A DNA stretch of 64,000 bases from a bacterium (GTDB lineage: Bacteria > Zhuqueibacterota > Zhuqueibacteria > Residuimicrobiales > Krinioviventaceae): positions 6,016,001 to 6,080,000 of the forward strand of contig OY843751.1 of the NCBI GenBank assembly GCA_963693055.1, given 5' to 3'. The stretch's first letter is position 1. Every line of letters begins with the position of its first letter. Both the position numbers and the translations under genes were made by a program. Below the pieces are notes generated by a model. That model searched no databases. It saw nothing but the letters and a program-made list of their open reading frames with translations, and had not been told where the DNA came from. Shown here piece by piece: positions 1 to 10,600 of this stretch.

Positions 1-233
1 CTGCCACCACGCATTCCGGCTTTGCCGAATTGATCATATTGACGGCGTTTCTGTGGGTCTGACAAAACCGCATAGGCTTCACTCAATTCTTTGAATTTTT
101 CTTCCGCTTCCTTGTTTCCCGGATTTTTGTCGGGATGGTATTGCATTGCCAACGAACGATATGCTTTTTTTATCTCATTCTGATCTGCATCTCTGTTGAC
201 ATTCAATATTTCATAATAATCTCTATCTGACAT
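1..233 (-). CDS. dnaJ: Chaperone DnaJ, N-terminal J-domain (runs off window start)
   Basis: Manual translation from ATG at 233: [39 protein letters not shown], with HPD motif; directly after grpE; absent from ORF track. Confidence 0.95.
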   Translation of the reverse strand, partial: MSDRDYYEILNVNRDADQNEIKKAYRSLAMQYHPDKNPGNKEAEEKFKELSEAYAVLSDPQKRRQYDQFGKAGMRGG

Positions 234-253
234 ATGTATATTAACAACTCTTT

Positions 254-772
254 CTATTTACTAACTATCACTTTGGCATGACGGATAACCTGGTCGCGAT
301 ATAAATAACCTTTGATATGTTCTTCAATAACCGTATCCGGTTCATAACCTTCAACATCTACCTGCATCAAAGCGTCATGAAATTCCGGATCAAAAGGTTT
401 ACCCACGCACTCCATGTGCTTTAATCCATCTTTATTTAAAATTGTAAACATATTTCGGTAAATCAGGTTTATACCTTCTAAAAGAGATTCCTTGTCTCCT
501 TTTTCAGTATTGGTCTCAATTGAACGACCAAAATCATCCAGCACCGGTAATATTTGAGAGATCAACCGCATATTGGCACGTTCTGTCAATTCAAGTCTCT
601 CTTTTTCAGTACGTTTCCTAAAATTATCAAAATCAGCCGCCTGACGCATAAATTGTGATTTCAATTCTTCTATCTGCTGTACAGCGGCTTCAAGTTCTTT
701 TTTATAATTTCTACGCTTGGTCTTACTCGCTTCTTTTTTAGCAACAGTCTTTTCTTTGTTTTCTTTACTCAC
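254..772 (-). CDS. grpE: Nucleotide exchange factor GrpE
   Basis: [18 protein letters not shown] and [14 protein letters not shown] motifs; between hrcA and dnaJ. Confidence 0.95.
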   Translation of the reverse strand: MSKENKEKTVAKKEASKTKRRNYKKELEAAVQQIEELKSQFMRQAADFDNFRKRTEKERLELTERANMRLISQILPVLDDFGRSIETNTEKGDKESLLEGINLIYRNMFTILNKDGLKHMECVGKPFDPEFHDALMQVDVEGYEPDTVIEEHIKGYLYRDQVIRHAKVIVSK

Positions 773-782
773 ATCTACCTTT

Positions 783-1811
783 TTATTTTTTTTGTGAAAC
801 CAGATAGCTCAGGGTTTCAGCCATAAATTCAACCAGTGATACAATTTTAGAATACTGCATGCGGGTAGGACCAATAATACCCAATGTGCCTTTGGCATTT
901 TCAAAGGAATAACTGGTTGTGATCATACTACAGTTTTTCATCAAATCTTCCTGGTTTTCATCTCCAATAACAATAGAGACACCTTCCGATTCCTGCTCAT
1001 CCAGGATTTTAATCAGAATATCTCGCCTGTCTAGCAATTCCAGAATTTTACCAATTTTCTCCCGGTTCTCAAACTCGGGTTGTTCTATAACGTTTTTGGC
1101 TCCTGCAAAATGAAATTTGGTATCCGTCTGGATTGTAAAATCCGCATTCATCTGAATGGTCTGAATCAACATTCGTTGTTCCTGATCCAGATCCCGGAAT
1201 CGGTCCGTAATCGTATTTTGCAGTTCCGCTAACGATAAACCATGAAGACGTTCATTTAACAACTGCGTTGTTGCTTCCAACAAACTTTGTGGTAACCGCT
1301 GATTGATTTCAAAGATCACGGTTTTAACAAGACCCGATTTTACATTCAAGAGCAGCAATAACTTGTTTTCTGATATCTGTATCAATTCAAGCTTTTCTAG
1401 CTGACCTCTGTTGAACCGGGGAGTTAGAACCACTCCGAGCTGACTTGATATTCTGCTCAACACATCGGTTGCATGTTGTACTATAGAGCTAACATCTTGG
1501 GAAAAACCTTCCATTTCTTGAACAATAGAATATTTTTCTTCCTCGCTAAGCGTCTGAACGCTCATCATACTGTTTACATATTGACGATACCCTACATTTG
1601 TAGGAACTCTACCTGCCGATGTGTGCGGTTGTGTTATCAGGCCCTTTTCTTCAAGATCCATCATTACATTACGTATTGTGGCCGGGCTAATATTCAGGTT
1701 ATAATTCTTTGACAAATAACGAGAACCCACAGGTTCAGCAGTTTGGATAAAACCATGGACTATGGATAAAAATACTTCTCGCTCTCGTTCTGTTAATTCA
1801 TCTATATGCAT
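783..1811 (-). CDS. hrcA: Heat-inducible transcription repressor HrcA
   Basis: PVGSR..SPATIRNVMMDLEEKGLITQPHTSAGRVPT and GIIGPTRMQY. Confidence 0.97.
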   Translation of the reverse strand: MHIDELTEREREVFLSIVHGFIQTAEPVGSRYLSKNYNLNISPATIRNVMMDLEEKGLITQPHTSAGRVPTNVGYRQYVNSMMSVQTLSEEEKYSIVQEMEGFSQDVSSIVQHATDVLSRISSQLGVVLTPRFNRGQLEKLELIQISENKLLLLLNVKSGLVKTVIFEINQRLPQSLLEATTQLLNERLHGLSLAELQNTITDRFRDLDQEQRMLIQTIQMNADFTIQTDTKFHFAGAKNVIEQPEFENREKIGKILELLDRRDILIKILDEQESEGVSIVIGDENQEDLMKNCSMITTSYSFENAKGTLGIIGPTRMQYSKIVSLVEFMAETLSYLVSQKK

Positions 1812-1844
1812 CTTGCTATTTATACATTCTTCTTTAAAAAAAGA

Positions 1845-1881
1845 TTAGCATAAAAATAACGATTTTTGACTGCCAAGTCAA
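1845..1881 (-). promoter_or_regulatory. Putative hrcA promoter overlapping a degenerate CIRCE-like operator
   Basis: Minus strand TTGACT-17 bp-TATTTT; TTGGCAGTC half-site and weaker TTATGCTAA half-site 14 bp apart (canonical spacer is 9). Confidence 0.45.
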
Positions 1882-1926
1882 GTAATATTTCCTCATGTTT
1901 ACTTTATGCAACTTTATAAGGAACAA

Positions 1927-2775
1927 TCACAAATAACGTTTTATTGCAACTAAACTTCCTATATATCCAAACATCACACCGGCCAACAACAATCCATAAA
2001 ACAGAAATTCTGGTGTTGTCATTAATCCCGGCCATTGCGAATCTACAAAAGCAAACAAACCCAGTGAAAACAAAAATGCAATTAAACCACCAAGCAAACC
2101 CTGAATGATTCCTTCCAACAGATATGGTAAACTGATAAAGTGCCTTGTTGCACCCACCAGTCTCATTGTTGTAATGATATCTTTGCGAGAAATAACAATT
2201 AGGCGGATAGTATTGGAAACTACAAATAAAGATCCAATAAACACCACAATTATCAACAACCCTGAAATAATTGTGGCAAAGCGGGAAAATTTCAAGAGCA
2301 GTCCCAGTGCTTCACTGTGATATTCTACTTCGTCTACTCCTTCAATTTTCATTATAGTATTGGCAAGCTGCTCAATATTTTCAATTGTTCGATATTCATC
2401 TTTGAGCATTATATTAAAAGAGGCAGGTAAGGGATTTTCGTCAAGTATAGAAAACAACTCTTCTCCAAACTCTTGCTGAAACATTTTTGCGGCCCGATCC
2501 GGAGATACAAACTCAAGAATCGCAACCTGATCCATACTGTTGATTGTGGTTCCCACCTGGGCAATTTCCGTATCATCTAAAATTGTAGAGAGAAACACCT
2601 GAATATCTATCTTGGCATTCAATACATCAATCAATTGATTTACATTCAACGCAAGAGTGAAAAAGATGCTGATAATAAACAACAAAAATGATATAGTAAA
2701 AACAGAGATTGTAAAAGACAATCGTGCTCGCTTGAATCCGGAAAAGGCTTCTCTTATACTGTATTTCAAACTCAT
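1927..2775 (-). CDS. ftsX: Cell division permease FtsX
   Basis: ENPLPASF, NTIRL..RKDI..MRLVGAT..I.LPYLLEG; hydrophobic segments; overlaps ftsE stop. Confidence 0.93.
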   Translation of the reverse strand: MSLKYSIREAFSGFKRARLSFTISVFTISFLLFIISIFFTLALNVNQLIDVLNAKIDIQVFLSTILDDTEIAQVGTTINSMDQVAILEFVSPDRAAKMFQQEFGEELFSILDENPLPASFNIMLKDEYRTIENIEQLANTIMKIEGVDEVEYHSEALGLLLKFSRFATIISGLLIIVVFIGSLFVVSNTIRLIVISRKDIITTMRLVGATRHFISLPYLLEGIIQGLLGGLIAFLFSLGLFAFVDSQWPGLMTTPEFLFYGLLLAGVMFGYIGSLVAIKRYL

Positions 2776-3425
2776 ACCTCGAGTACCCCCCCTTTTTTAA
2801 TTTTCACTACCCTTCCATTATAGCGGGATACCAGGTCAGTATTGTGAGTGGCGATCAATATTGAAGTACCTCTGGCATGAATTCGCTTAAAAATATCCAT
2901 AATACCTGCGGCAGTATCAGGGTCAAGATTACCGGTAGGTTCATCTGCCAGTAATAAATAAGGCTCATTAACAATAGCACGTGCTATTGCAACTCGCTGT
3001 TGCTCACCCCCTGAAAGTTCGTCAGGATATTTTCTGGATTTATGCGAGAGCCCTACATCAGCAAGAGCGCGTAAAACCCTTTTCTTGATCTCTTTATTTT
3101 TAACACCAATCACTTCAAGCGCGAATGATACATTTCTAAAAACATCACGATCATTGAGCAATTTAAAATCCTGAAAGACCACTCCCAATCGTCTTCGAAC
3201 AAATGGGATATCTTTTTTACGAATAAACAAGCTGTTATATTCACCCACAGTTACGTGACCTTCCTGTGGCAATTCTTCCATATAAACACATTTCAAAACT
3301 GTAGATTTACCAGCTCCACTGGGCCCTACCAGAAATACCATTTCTCCGGGTGCAACCTTGAAAGAGATGTGCTCTATTCCATCACCAGTGGGGTATTTAA
3401 TTTTTACATTTTGCAGTTCAACCAT
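2772..3425 (-). CDS. ftsE: Cell division ATP-binding protein FtsE
   Basis: GPSGAGKST, RRRLGVVFQDFKLL, LSGGEQQRVAIARA, LLADEPTGNLD. Confidence 0.93.
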   Translation of the reverse strand: MVELQNVKIKYPTGDGIEHISFKVAPGEMVFLVGPSGAGKSTVLKCVYMEELPQEGHVTVGEYNSLFIRKKDIPFVRRRLGVVFQDFKLLNDRDVFRNVSFALEVIGVKNKEIKKRVLRALADVGLSHKSRKYPDELSGGEQQRVAIARAIVNEPYLLLADEPTGNLDPDTAAGIMDIFKRIHARGTSILIATHNTDLVSRYNGRVVKIKKGGVLEV

Positions 3426-3427
3426 AC

Positions 3428-4186
3428 TTATTTTCTCAATACAAAATGAATGCGTTCAGACGTTTCTGAACCGGGATTAAAAGTAAAATCATGATAATAA
3501 CCAGACAATAAGAATGGAGATTGGTCAATAATTGACAGCACATTTTCAAGTGATCTGATTTTTTGCCGGTGTGTTTCACAATATATTGTTTTATTTTTAT
3601 GAAACCGAATCTCAAAATAATTGATTTGTATATGTTCCTTTTTATCAAACCGGCTCTTTCTAACATAACTTCCTTGAGCGTTCTTTTCCTTTTGTGTGAA
3701 GCCTGTAAACATTTCCAGGGAATTCTGTAATGTACTGACATCAAAAACAAATAAACCCTCTGGTTTTAAAGCAGAATGTACATTTTCCAAACACAATTTC
3801 CATTGTTTTGATTTCATCAAATAGTTCATACTGTCATATAATGATACGATCATATCCGGTTTGTGAGTAAAATTGGGATACATCATATCACCGCACCACA
3901 ATTGAACATTGGGCTGCTTTTTTAGTTTTCGTCTGGCTATACTAACCATTTCTGGTGTATAATCAAACCCGGTTACATGATAACCCAATTTTAACAATTC
4001 TCTGCTTAAACTCCCGGTACCACAAGAAATGTCAGTAATTGTTCGGGTTCCGTTGCCATGACGATGTGCTATTTGTGAAATATACCTGGCCCAGCGCTTG
4101 TAATTCACATGGTTCATTACAAAATCATACAAATACGCCAGTTGGCTGTATGGCGGTACGGTTATTTTTTCCTGAAATAAAGGCAA
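3428..4186 (-). CDS. Class I SAM-dependent methyltransferase
   Basis: DISCGTG motif I, GFDYTPEM, YDSMNY, LKPEGLFVFD. Confidence 0.85.
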   Translation of the reverse strand: MPLFQEKITVPPYSQLAYLYDFVMNHVNYKRWARYISQIAHRHGNGTRTITDISCGTGSLSRELLKLGYHVTGFDYTPEMVSIARRKLKKQPNVQLWCGDMMYPNFTHKPDMIVSLYDSMNYLMKSKQWKLCLENVHSALKPEGLFVFDVSTLQNSLEMFTGFTQKEKNAQGSYVRKSRFDKKEHIQINYFEIRFHKNKTIYCETHRQKIRSLENVLSIIDQSPFLLSGYYHDFTFNPGSETSERIHFVLRK

Positions 4187-4190
4187 ACAA

Positions 4191-4607
4191 TTAACCTTTA
4201 ATCAACTTTACAATAACCTTACGGGTACGTGCTCCATCAAATTCACAAAAGTAGATGGATTGCCAGGTACCCATAACCATTCTGCCATTTTCTATAATTA
4301 TTGTTAGTGATGGACTAAATAAAGATGATTTGATATGAGCTGCTGAATTTCCTTCCATGTGGTGGTAACCATCATTAAAAGGGACGATCTTGTTCATCTC
4401 CATGGTCATATCTCTAACAACATCGGGATCCGCGTTTTCATTAATGGTAACACCTGCAGTGGTATGGGGAACAAATACCACGCAAATACCACTCTCTATA
4501 CCACTCTCTGCAATTATTTGCTCTATCTGGCGATCAATATTTATAAACTGAACGGTTGTACGGGTTTGTACGGTAAAGGTTTTAATTGTAGACACTAAAC
4601 TCTCCAT
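4191..4607 (-). CDS. yjbQ: YjbQ/UPF0047 family protein
   Basis: VPHTTAGVTINENADPDV, HMEGNSAAHIKS, GTWQSIYFCEFDG. Confidence 0.92.
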   Translation of the reverse strand: MESLVSTIKTFTVQTRTTVQFINIDRQIEQIIAESGIESGICVVFVPHTTAGVTINENADPDVVRDMTMEMNKIVPFNDGYHHMEGNSAAHIKSSLFSPSLTIIIENGRMVMGTWQSIYFCEFDGARTRKVIVKLIKG

Positions 4608-5866
4608 CAGGTTTTGAGTTTCTTTTTCTTGGCCGCTGGAAACAATATATTGTTCAATATTAACCGGTATCCCGGTGAATTTTTATGTAATGACAATTGC
4701 GTATGCGGATCATAAACAAAATGCTGATAATCCTCGGGGTCATGTCCACCGTAAAAAGTAAAGGTCCCTTTGCCCAGGTTACCATGCAGATACTTGACCT
4801 GCCCGGTACCTTCAGCTTCACCCATTATTGTTATGGTCTTTTTAATCAGTGTTTTTCTAAATCCTGTTGTTTGTCCCATAAATCCTTTGATTGCCGATAC
4901 ATGATTTTGGGTCAACATGGTAGGTACAGGATCATATTTGGCAGAAAACTCGAATAATGTAAAATAATCTGCCTCTGCCCCTCTCAATACCGGTGCATTA
5001 CTGGGGGGAATATCAATATCAGCATATTCATATACCAGGGGATTTTCTATAACTTTGAAATTCTCAAACGCAAGGCACTGTGAATAATCCAGCTTTTCAT
5101 TTGCTGCAGGATCAGCAGGATCACCATCATAAACGTCTGCCGCAACATCAGTATTGTACGAAGCAAGAGCAATATCAAAAGTATCAGTAGCAGAGCACAT
5201 GGCAAATACAAATCCACCACCGGCAATGTATTCCTTGATAGAGTTCGCAACTGCCCGTTTCAATATCGTTACTTTAGGGTAACCCATTTCTCTTGCAATG
5301 GCTTCGTTCTTTTCCATCTGGTCCTGGTACCAATCGGTATTGTGATAACTGGCATAAAACTTTCCATATTGACCAGTAAAATCTTCATGGTGTAAATGTA
5401 ACCAGTCAAATTTGTTCAACTCTCCTTGCAATACTTCCTTGTCCCACAACAATTCATAGGGAATTTCCGCGTATTCTAATGCAAGCAATACGGCATCATC
5501 CCACACCTGTTTGCTTTTAGGAGCATAGATTGCAATCTTGGGGGGGGTTTCTAAAAGAACGATATCCATATTTTCCTGTTCTATCAACGCATGGATCTGT
5601 GACACGGCTGAACCATCTAGCAATTCAAAAGATACACCGCGAACCAACATCTCTCGCTCAAGCGCGGGATAATGATCAATTAAAAACGAACCACCTCTGT
5701 AATTAAGCAGCCATTCCACATTAACACCACGTTCAAGTGACCAAAATGCTATGCCATAGGCTTTTAAATGATCTGTTTGTTGGAGGTCCATATTGATCAA
5801 AACTTTTTGAGCATACAAACCGGAAACAGAAATCAATATGAGAAATATAATCAGTAATCTTTTCAT
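4607..5866 (-). CDS. Conserved exported protein of unknown function (FCB-type; often mis-annotated as asparagine synthetase B)
   Basis: Signal peptide; HLKAYG, WLLNYRGGSF, DWLHLHHEDFTGQYGKF, FAMCSATD and GHDPEDYQH blocks. Confidence 0.7.
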   Translation of the reverse strand: MKRLLIIFLILISVSGLYAQKVLINMDLQQTDHLKAYGIAFWSLERGVNVEWLLNYRGGSFLIDHYPALEREMLVRGVSFELLDGSAVSQIHALIEQENMDIVLLETPPKIAIYAPKSKQVWDDAVLLALEYAEIPYELLWDKEVLQGELNKFDWLHLHHEDFTGQYGKFYASYHNTDWYQDQMEKNEAIAREMGYPKVTILKRAVANSIKEYIAGGGFVFAMCSATDTFDIALASYNTDVAADVYDGDPADPAANEKLDYSQCLAFENFKVIENPLVYEYADIDIPPSNAPVLRGAEADYFTLFEFSAKYDPVPTMLTQNHVSAIKGFMGQTTGFRKTLIKKTITIMGEAEGTGQVKYLHGNLGKGTFTFYGGHDPEDYQHFVYDPHTQLSLHKNSPGYRLILNNILFPAAKKKKLKT

Positions 5867-7683
5867 TATAAATTTCTTACTTTTTTTCGTGTTTCTTCAA
5901 TATAAATACTTGATGGGAAATTTACCAGTAAAGATTCATATAATTCTTTGGCTTTATCTTTTTGGGCCAGTTGGTTTTGATATAGTCCTGCCATATTGTA
6001 CAAGGCCTTGTCTCTGTATAAATTATCTTCGCTTTCATACATTTGTTGTAACAAGACTATTGCATCACCATACCTTTGCTGTTCAATATAAATTTGAGAT
6101 CTAAACCAGTTTATAGCATCTAATAAAGGCGTGTCTGGCGTTTTCTTAATATATACGGATAATAGTGAATCACTCTGATTCAACTTTTGCTGATGGTATA
6201 ATAAGTTGGCCCTGCCAAAAACCACCAAACCGGTGGAATCCATAGTGTTTTCCTGCAAGAGCATGTTCAATTCTAATGCATCGTTTTCATACAAATCCGG
6301 TTGATTATCACGGATTTTATTATCAAAATACTCTTTAAGAAATTCAGCGCTCTCTGTAGGATTTCCATCCATAAAATTAACATTTGCCATAGAATAGAGT
6401 GCTTTTTTATAAAATATATCCTTTTTATTTTTTTGCTGCTGCAAAATATGTCTATAAAATCCTTTCGCACTATTCAGATCATTGCCTAGTATTTCACATT
6501 CGGCCAGTTTAAAATAAATATCGATTATTCTGGGAGAACGTCTATACTTTTTCTCAAATTGCTTATATAGCTCTCGTGCCTGGATATAATCATTCAATCG
6601 ATTAAAATAAATGTCTCCGCTTTTTTCAAGTGCATCCTGAGCTTCGGGCGATTTTGGGAATTGCTTTGCAAAAGCCTCATAAGATTGAATAGCCTCCCGA
6701 AACAATCCCTTTTGTTCAAGGATTAGGGCAAATCCCAACCTTGCGCGATGACTGTATTCACTCTTGGGATAATCTTTTAAAAGCGTCTCAAATGCAGTTT
6801 GAGAAATATCTAACACGCTGTCTTTGGCTGTCAGACTGGCAAACTGATACAAATATAAACCTATCCGGCTGTCACCCCGTTTTTGCAGTGTATCTTCCAT
6901 GGCAATAAACTGCTCCAGGGCTTTTTCGTATTGTGTATTTCTTGAATATACATTGCCCAAAATCTGATGCAGTTCCAAACCCAAATTGGGTTTTTCTTTT
7001 ATTGCATGTTCCAATGTATTTACTATCTCTTTATAGCTTCCTTCATTCTTTTCCATATTGGCAAAGCGAGTATCAATAAAATGAAACTGTTTAGGATTGG
7101 TTTCAATATATGCAATAAATTCTTTGGTTGCTTTATCATATTCAGCACGGTGAACATACAAAGATGATAATTCAAAAATAAATAATCTATTGTCTTTGAG
7201 CTTTTTTCTCCCCTTTAAATAGCATTCAACAGCATCATCTACTAATCCATGTACAGTTAACACCTGACCAACCAAAGCATAACTAGAGTGGGTCATTGCA
7301 TTATTGTCTAAAATCTCATCCCATCTTTTTTTAGCGTCATGTGTATTTCCAGTCAAAAACTCTACTTCCGCAAGATCAACCTGGTACCTCAAATCTCGCC
7401 GTTCTTTTTGCAGTTCAAGCACCAATCTTTTAAAGCGATCAAATTGCTGAAGCTTGAGCATGGTACGCTTGGCACCGGCATAGCTTGAAATATCCAAAGG
7501 ATTTTCCATGCTTAGCATATAATAAATATCGGCAGCTTGCTCTGTTTGGCCGTTTCTTTCAAACTCGGATGCCATGCGTTTGATCTGGCGCTGCTGTAAA
7601 TCTAGCGGGGTTTGCTGATTTTGGGCTAAAAGAGAAACTGCAGCCAATAATATAATAATAAATATATTTAACGACTTTTTCAT
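5866..7683 (-). CDS. Exported tetratricopeptide-repeat protein
   Basis: Signal peptide; repeated A..Y...L..YP.S TPR-like motifs. Confidence 0.8.
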   Translation of the reverse strand: MKKSLNIFIIILLAAVSLLAQNQQTPLDLQQRQIKRMASEFERNGQTEQAADIYYMLSMENPLDISSYAGAKRTMLKLQQFDRFKRLVLELQKERRDLRYQVDLAEVEFLTGNTHDAKKRWDEILDNNAMTHSSYALVGQVLTVHGLVDDAVECYLKGRKKLKDNRLFIFELSSLYVHRAEYDKATKEFIAYIETNPKQFHFIDTRFANMEKNEGSYKEIVNTLEHAIKEKPNLGLELHQILGNVYSRNTQYEKALEQFIAMEDTLQKRGDSRIGLYLYQFASLTAKDSVLDISQTAFETLLKDYPKSEYSHRARLGFALILEQKGLFREAIQSYEAFAKQFPKSPEAQDALEKSGDIYFNRLNDYIQARELYKQFEKKYRRSPRIIDIYFKLAECEILGNDLNSAKGFYRHILQQQKNKKDIFYKKALYSMANVNFMDGNPTESAEFLKEYFDNKIRDNQPDLYENDALELNMLLQENTMDSTGLVVFGRANLLYHQQKLNQSDSLLSVYIKKTPDTPLLDAINWFRSQIYIEQQRYGDAIVLLQQMYESEDNLYRDKALYNMAGLYQNQLAQKDKAKELYESLLVNFPSSIYIEETRKKVRNL

Positions 7684-10600
7684 TGACGGCCCTGTTCCTG
7701 TTCAGTTAGCGCTTCAAAATACTGTTTGATCAGTTCAAGATAATCCTGTGAAAAGCCCTGTTGTTTTGCATTCAATAACTCTTGCTGTAATAAAGATTTA
7801 CGTTCACCCATATCCTGCGGCAGCTCGGGAGGACTGTCAGCCATATAGTTTTTTCCACTTTGTGCTTTGCGCTTGCGGCTGTATTCACGTTGACGAATAG
7901 AACGTTGGGCATCCAGCATGCGCGACAAGATTCGATTCTGTCTCTGCAATGTCTCACGGCTGATATTCTGACTATTGAAATCTTTTTCAACCTCTTTCAT
8001 ATCTTTGGCAATATTGTCTAGATCTCCCATTACTTCTTTCATGCCACCTGCTTCCTGGGCCAACTGTTCCATAGATTTGCGTAAACGTTCCTGTTCAGCA
8101 GCCATTCTTGCCATCTGGGCCTGTTGTGCCTGAGACATTTGTTGACCCATGCCTACCTGCTGGGTCATCTGATTTAATTGCTGCTGTCCTTGGGCCATTT
8201 TCTGCATCTGCTGCATAAACTGCTCAAAACTCATACCGCTGCCCGATGCGTTCTGCATCATATTCTGCATGGATTGCTGCATTTGTAAAATTGCGCTGTT
8301 GATGGATTTCATGGCTTCTGCCTGGTTACGAGACGCCAGCTTATTGTTCCGGTTTTCCATTGCAGTCAGGGCATCCTGCATATTCATGGAAGCATTACCC
8401 AATGTTGCCTGCATTTGCGAGTTCATAGACATGGTCTCTTTGGATAATTCAAATATACTGTTAATTACCCGAGACAAACCGCTATTCATATTATTTTGAC
8501 GATCAGCAACACTTTGTATATTTGACGCATTAGAAGGCAATTCTTCTGTTTCCATCATCAGGTCTTCCTGATCCAGAGATAATTCTAATAACTGACGAAT
8601 ATTTCGCTTCATTGCCATCATGGCCTGACGCTGCATAGTGCCATTCATATTATCTTTGGCCTGCTGTAACTGCTGTGCAATGGATTCCATTTTCTGCTGC
8701 ACTTTTTTTGATTGCTGAGAAAAATTCTCCATTTGGCCACTATTGATCATTTCCTGCATCTCATTAAATGCCTGATCTAGACTGTCAGATTCAAGATCAC
8801 TCAAAGCTTTATCCATCTGATCAAGAGGCATTTGGGGCTGTTCTTCCATTTCCTTACGCAATTCTTTTAGCGCATCAGTCATGGCTTCTTTATCTTTATT
8901 AATATTGCTTTGCTCTTTTGATAGACGATTTTTATCATCACCTTGCTTATTTTCCAGATTCTGTTGACGTTCCGCAATATCATTTGCCATTTTAATCGCC
9001 TGATCAAGCTGTTGCTCCATTTTCAAGCGTTTTAACAGATTAATGGTTCTGTCCAGATTTTTTGACATCTGGTCTTCTGTCATTTTAAACTCTTCCATGG
9101 CTTTTTTAAGCATATTCTGGTCAACATTCTGCAAAGATTCTGACATTTGTTTCATCAGATTTTCCAGCTCGGGTGTCATGATATCTTTATACAGTTCCTG
9201 CAGCTCCTGATATTTTTTCAGGGTTTCAGAAGAAACAAGATCATTTTCTTCCATTTTATCAACCATTTCTTCAAGATTTTTCTCAAGCTCTTTTAGTTTT
9301 TGGTTGATCTCTTCTCTCTGTTGAAGGGCCTGTTCGGTTTCCTGCTGACGTTCCCAGTCGAGGTCTTTTTCCCGCTGCATTTCGCGTGACAACTCGTCTA
9401 TCTTTTCCTTAAATTCCTGGGATTTTTCATAAGCGTCTTCCATTTCACGAATGGCTTCATCCTGGGTTGATGTAATTTCCTCATACATTTCAAACATGGA
9501 CGGGAAACGTGCCCGATATGTTTTAGAAACGGAACGTTTAGGTCCGCTTACGGAATCATTATCCCAGGCTTCAACATAATATACTACAACCTCGGTTGGC
9601 AGCATGTCAGATTCTGACAGGTCCCAGTTGAGTGCTACACGCATTTTCTGCTCGTAATCAATGTCAACAAGTTCCTGATGAACATATCGGTTAGAATCGG
9701 GTTCCATTTCGGCAGAAATCACCTGATATGCTATTGATATTTTGTCAACTCCATAATCGTCTTGTGCATCTATTATGAGAGGAATAAGCATTTCCTCTCC
9801 CAGGTCGATATCTTTACCGGGTTGTATGATACGTACAACAGGATACTGGTCTGGTATAACTTGAAGGTTATAAGTAATGGGATTAATACTGGAAAACCCA
9901 TACATATCTGTCAGAAAAAAGCGATAAATATCGCTCTTTTTCATGGGAAACTCTAAATAGACTTTATCATTTTTTTTATCCATATAGAGTTCATTGTCAG
10001 AAAACTCTACTCTGACCGTATCCAGTTCTTTGTTGGGTTTACCCACAATATTAATTCGTGAGCCCTTTAATGCACTGACATCCCCAACATTATCTTCAAG
10101 GGCGTATTTATCAATCCCTGAATAAGCCGGAGGTGTTACGGTTACAGAAATGTTTCGCAATAATGGTCGCTCTTCTACATCTACTGTGAATTCCGGTGAA
10201 ACCTGTTCTTTGGACATAAACTGATAGGTAAAAGATTCATATACTTTGTCTATCTGATATCTAAAGGTATCGTCTGATGATTTTTCAAGGGGTATGGGAG
10301 ATTTGCCTGTATATGTCAAATCAAGAGTTTGTAAAGTACTATCAGAGACCCAGACCTTTATATCAAATTCAGAATCTTCAACGATGCGTGTGTTTCCCGG
10401 AAAAACTTTGAACGTAATTTGATTGGTATCCATATCTTGTTTTGGATGAAGCAATTGGGTTATGGCAGAACCCACATCCGGGAATTTTATTGCAATCAGC
10501 AAAACAAAAACAGAAAAAACCAGTGCTGAGGTTTTCAAGAGTTTGAAAAAGGGCTTTTTATTAACCAAGGGATAAAAATTCTGATCTGCAATGTCTGCTC

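Noticed and set aside
8050-8330. Repetitive CAG/ATG-rich DNA
   Set aside because: Reflects the Gln/Met-rich coiled coil of the DUF4175-like protein, not a separate repeat element
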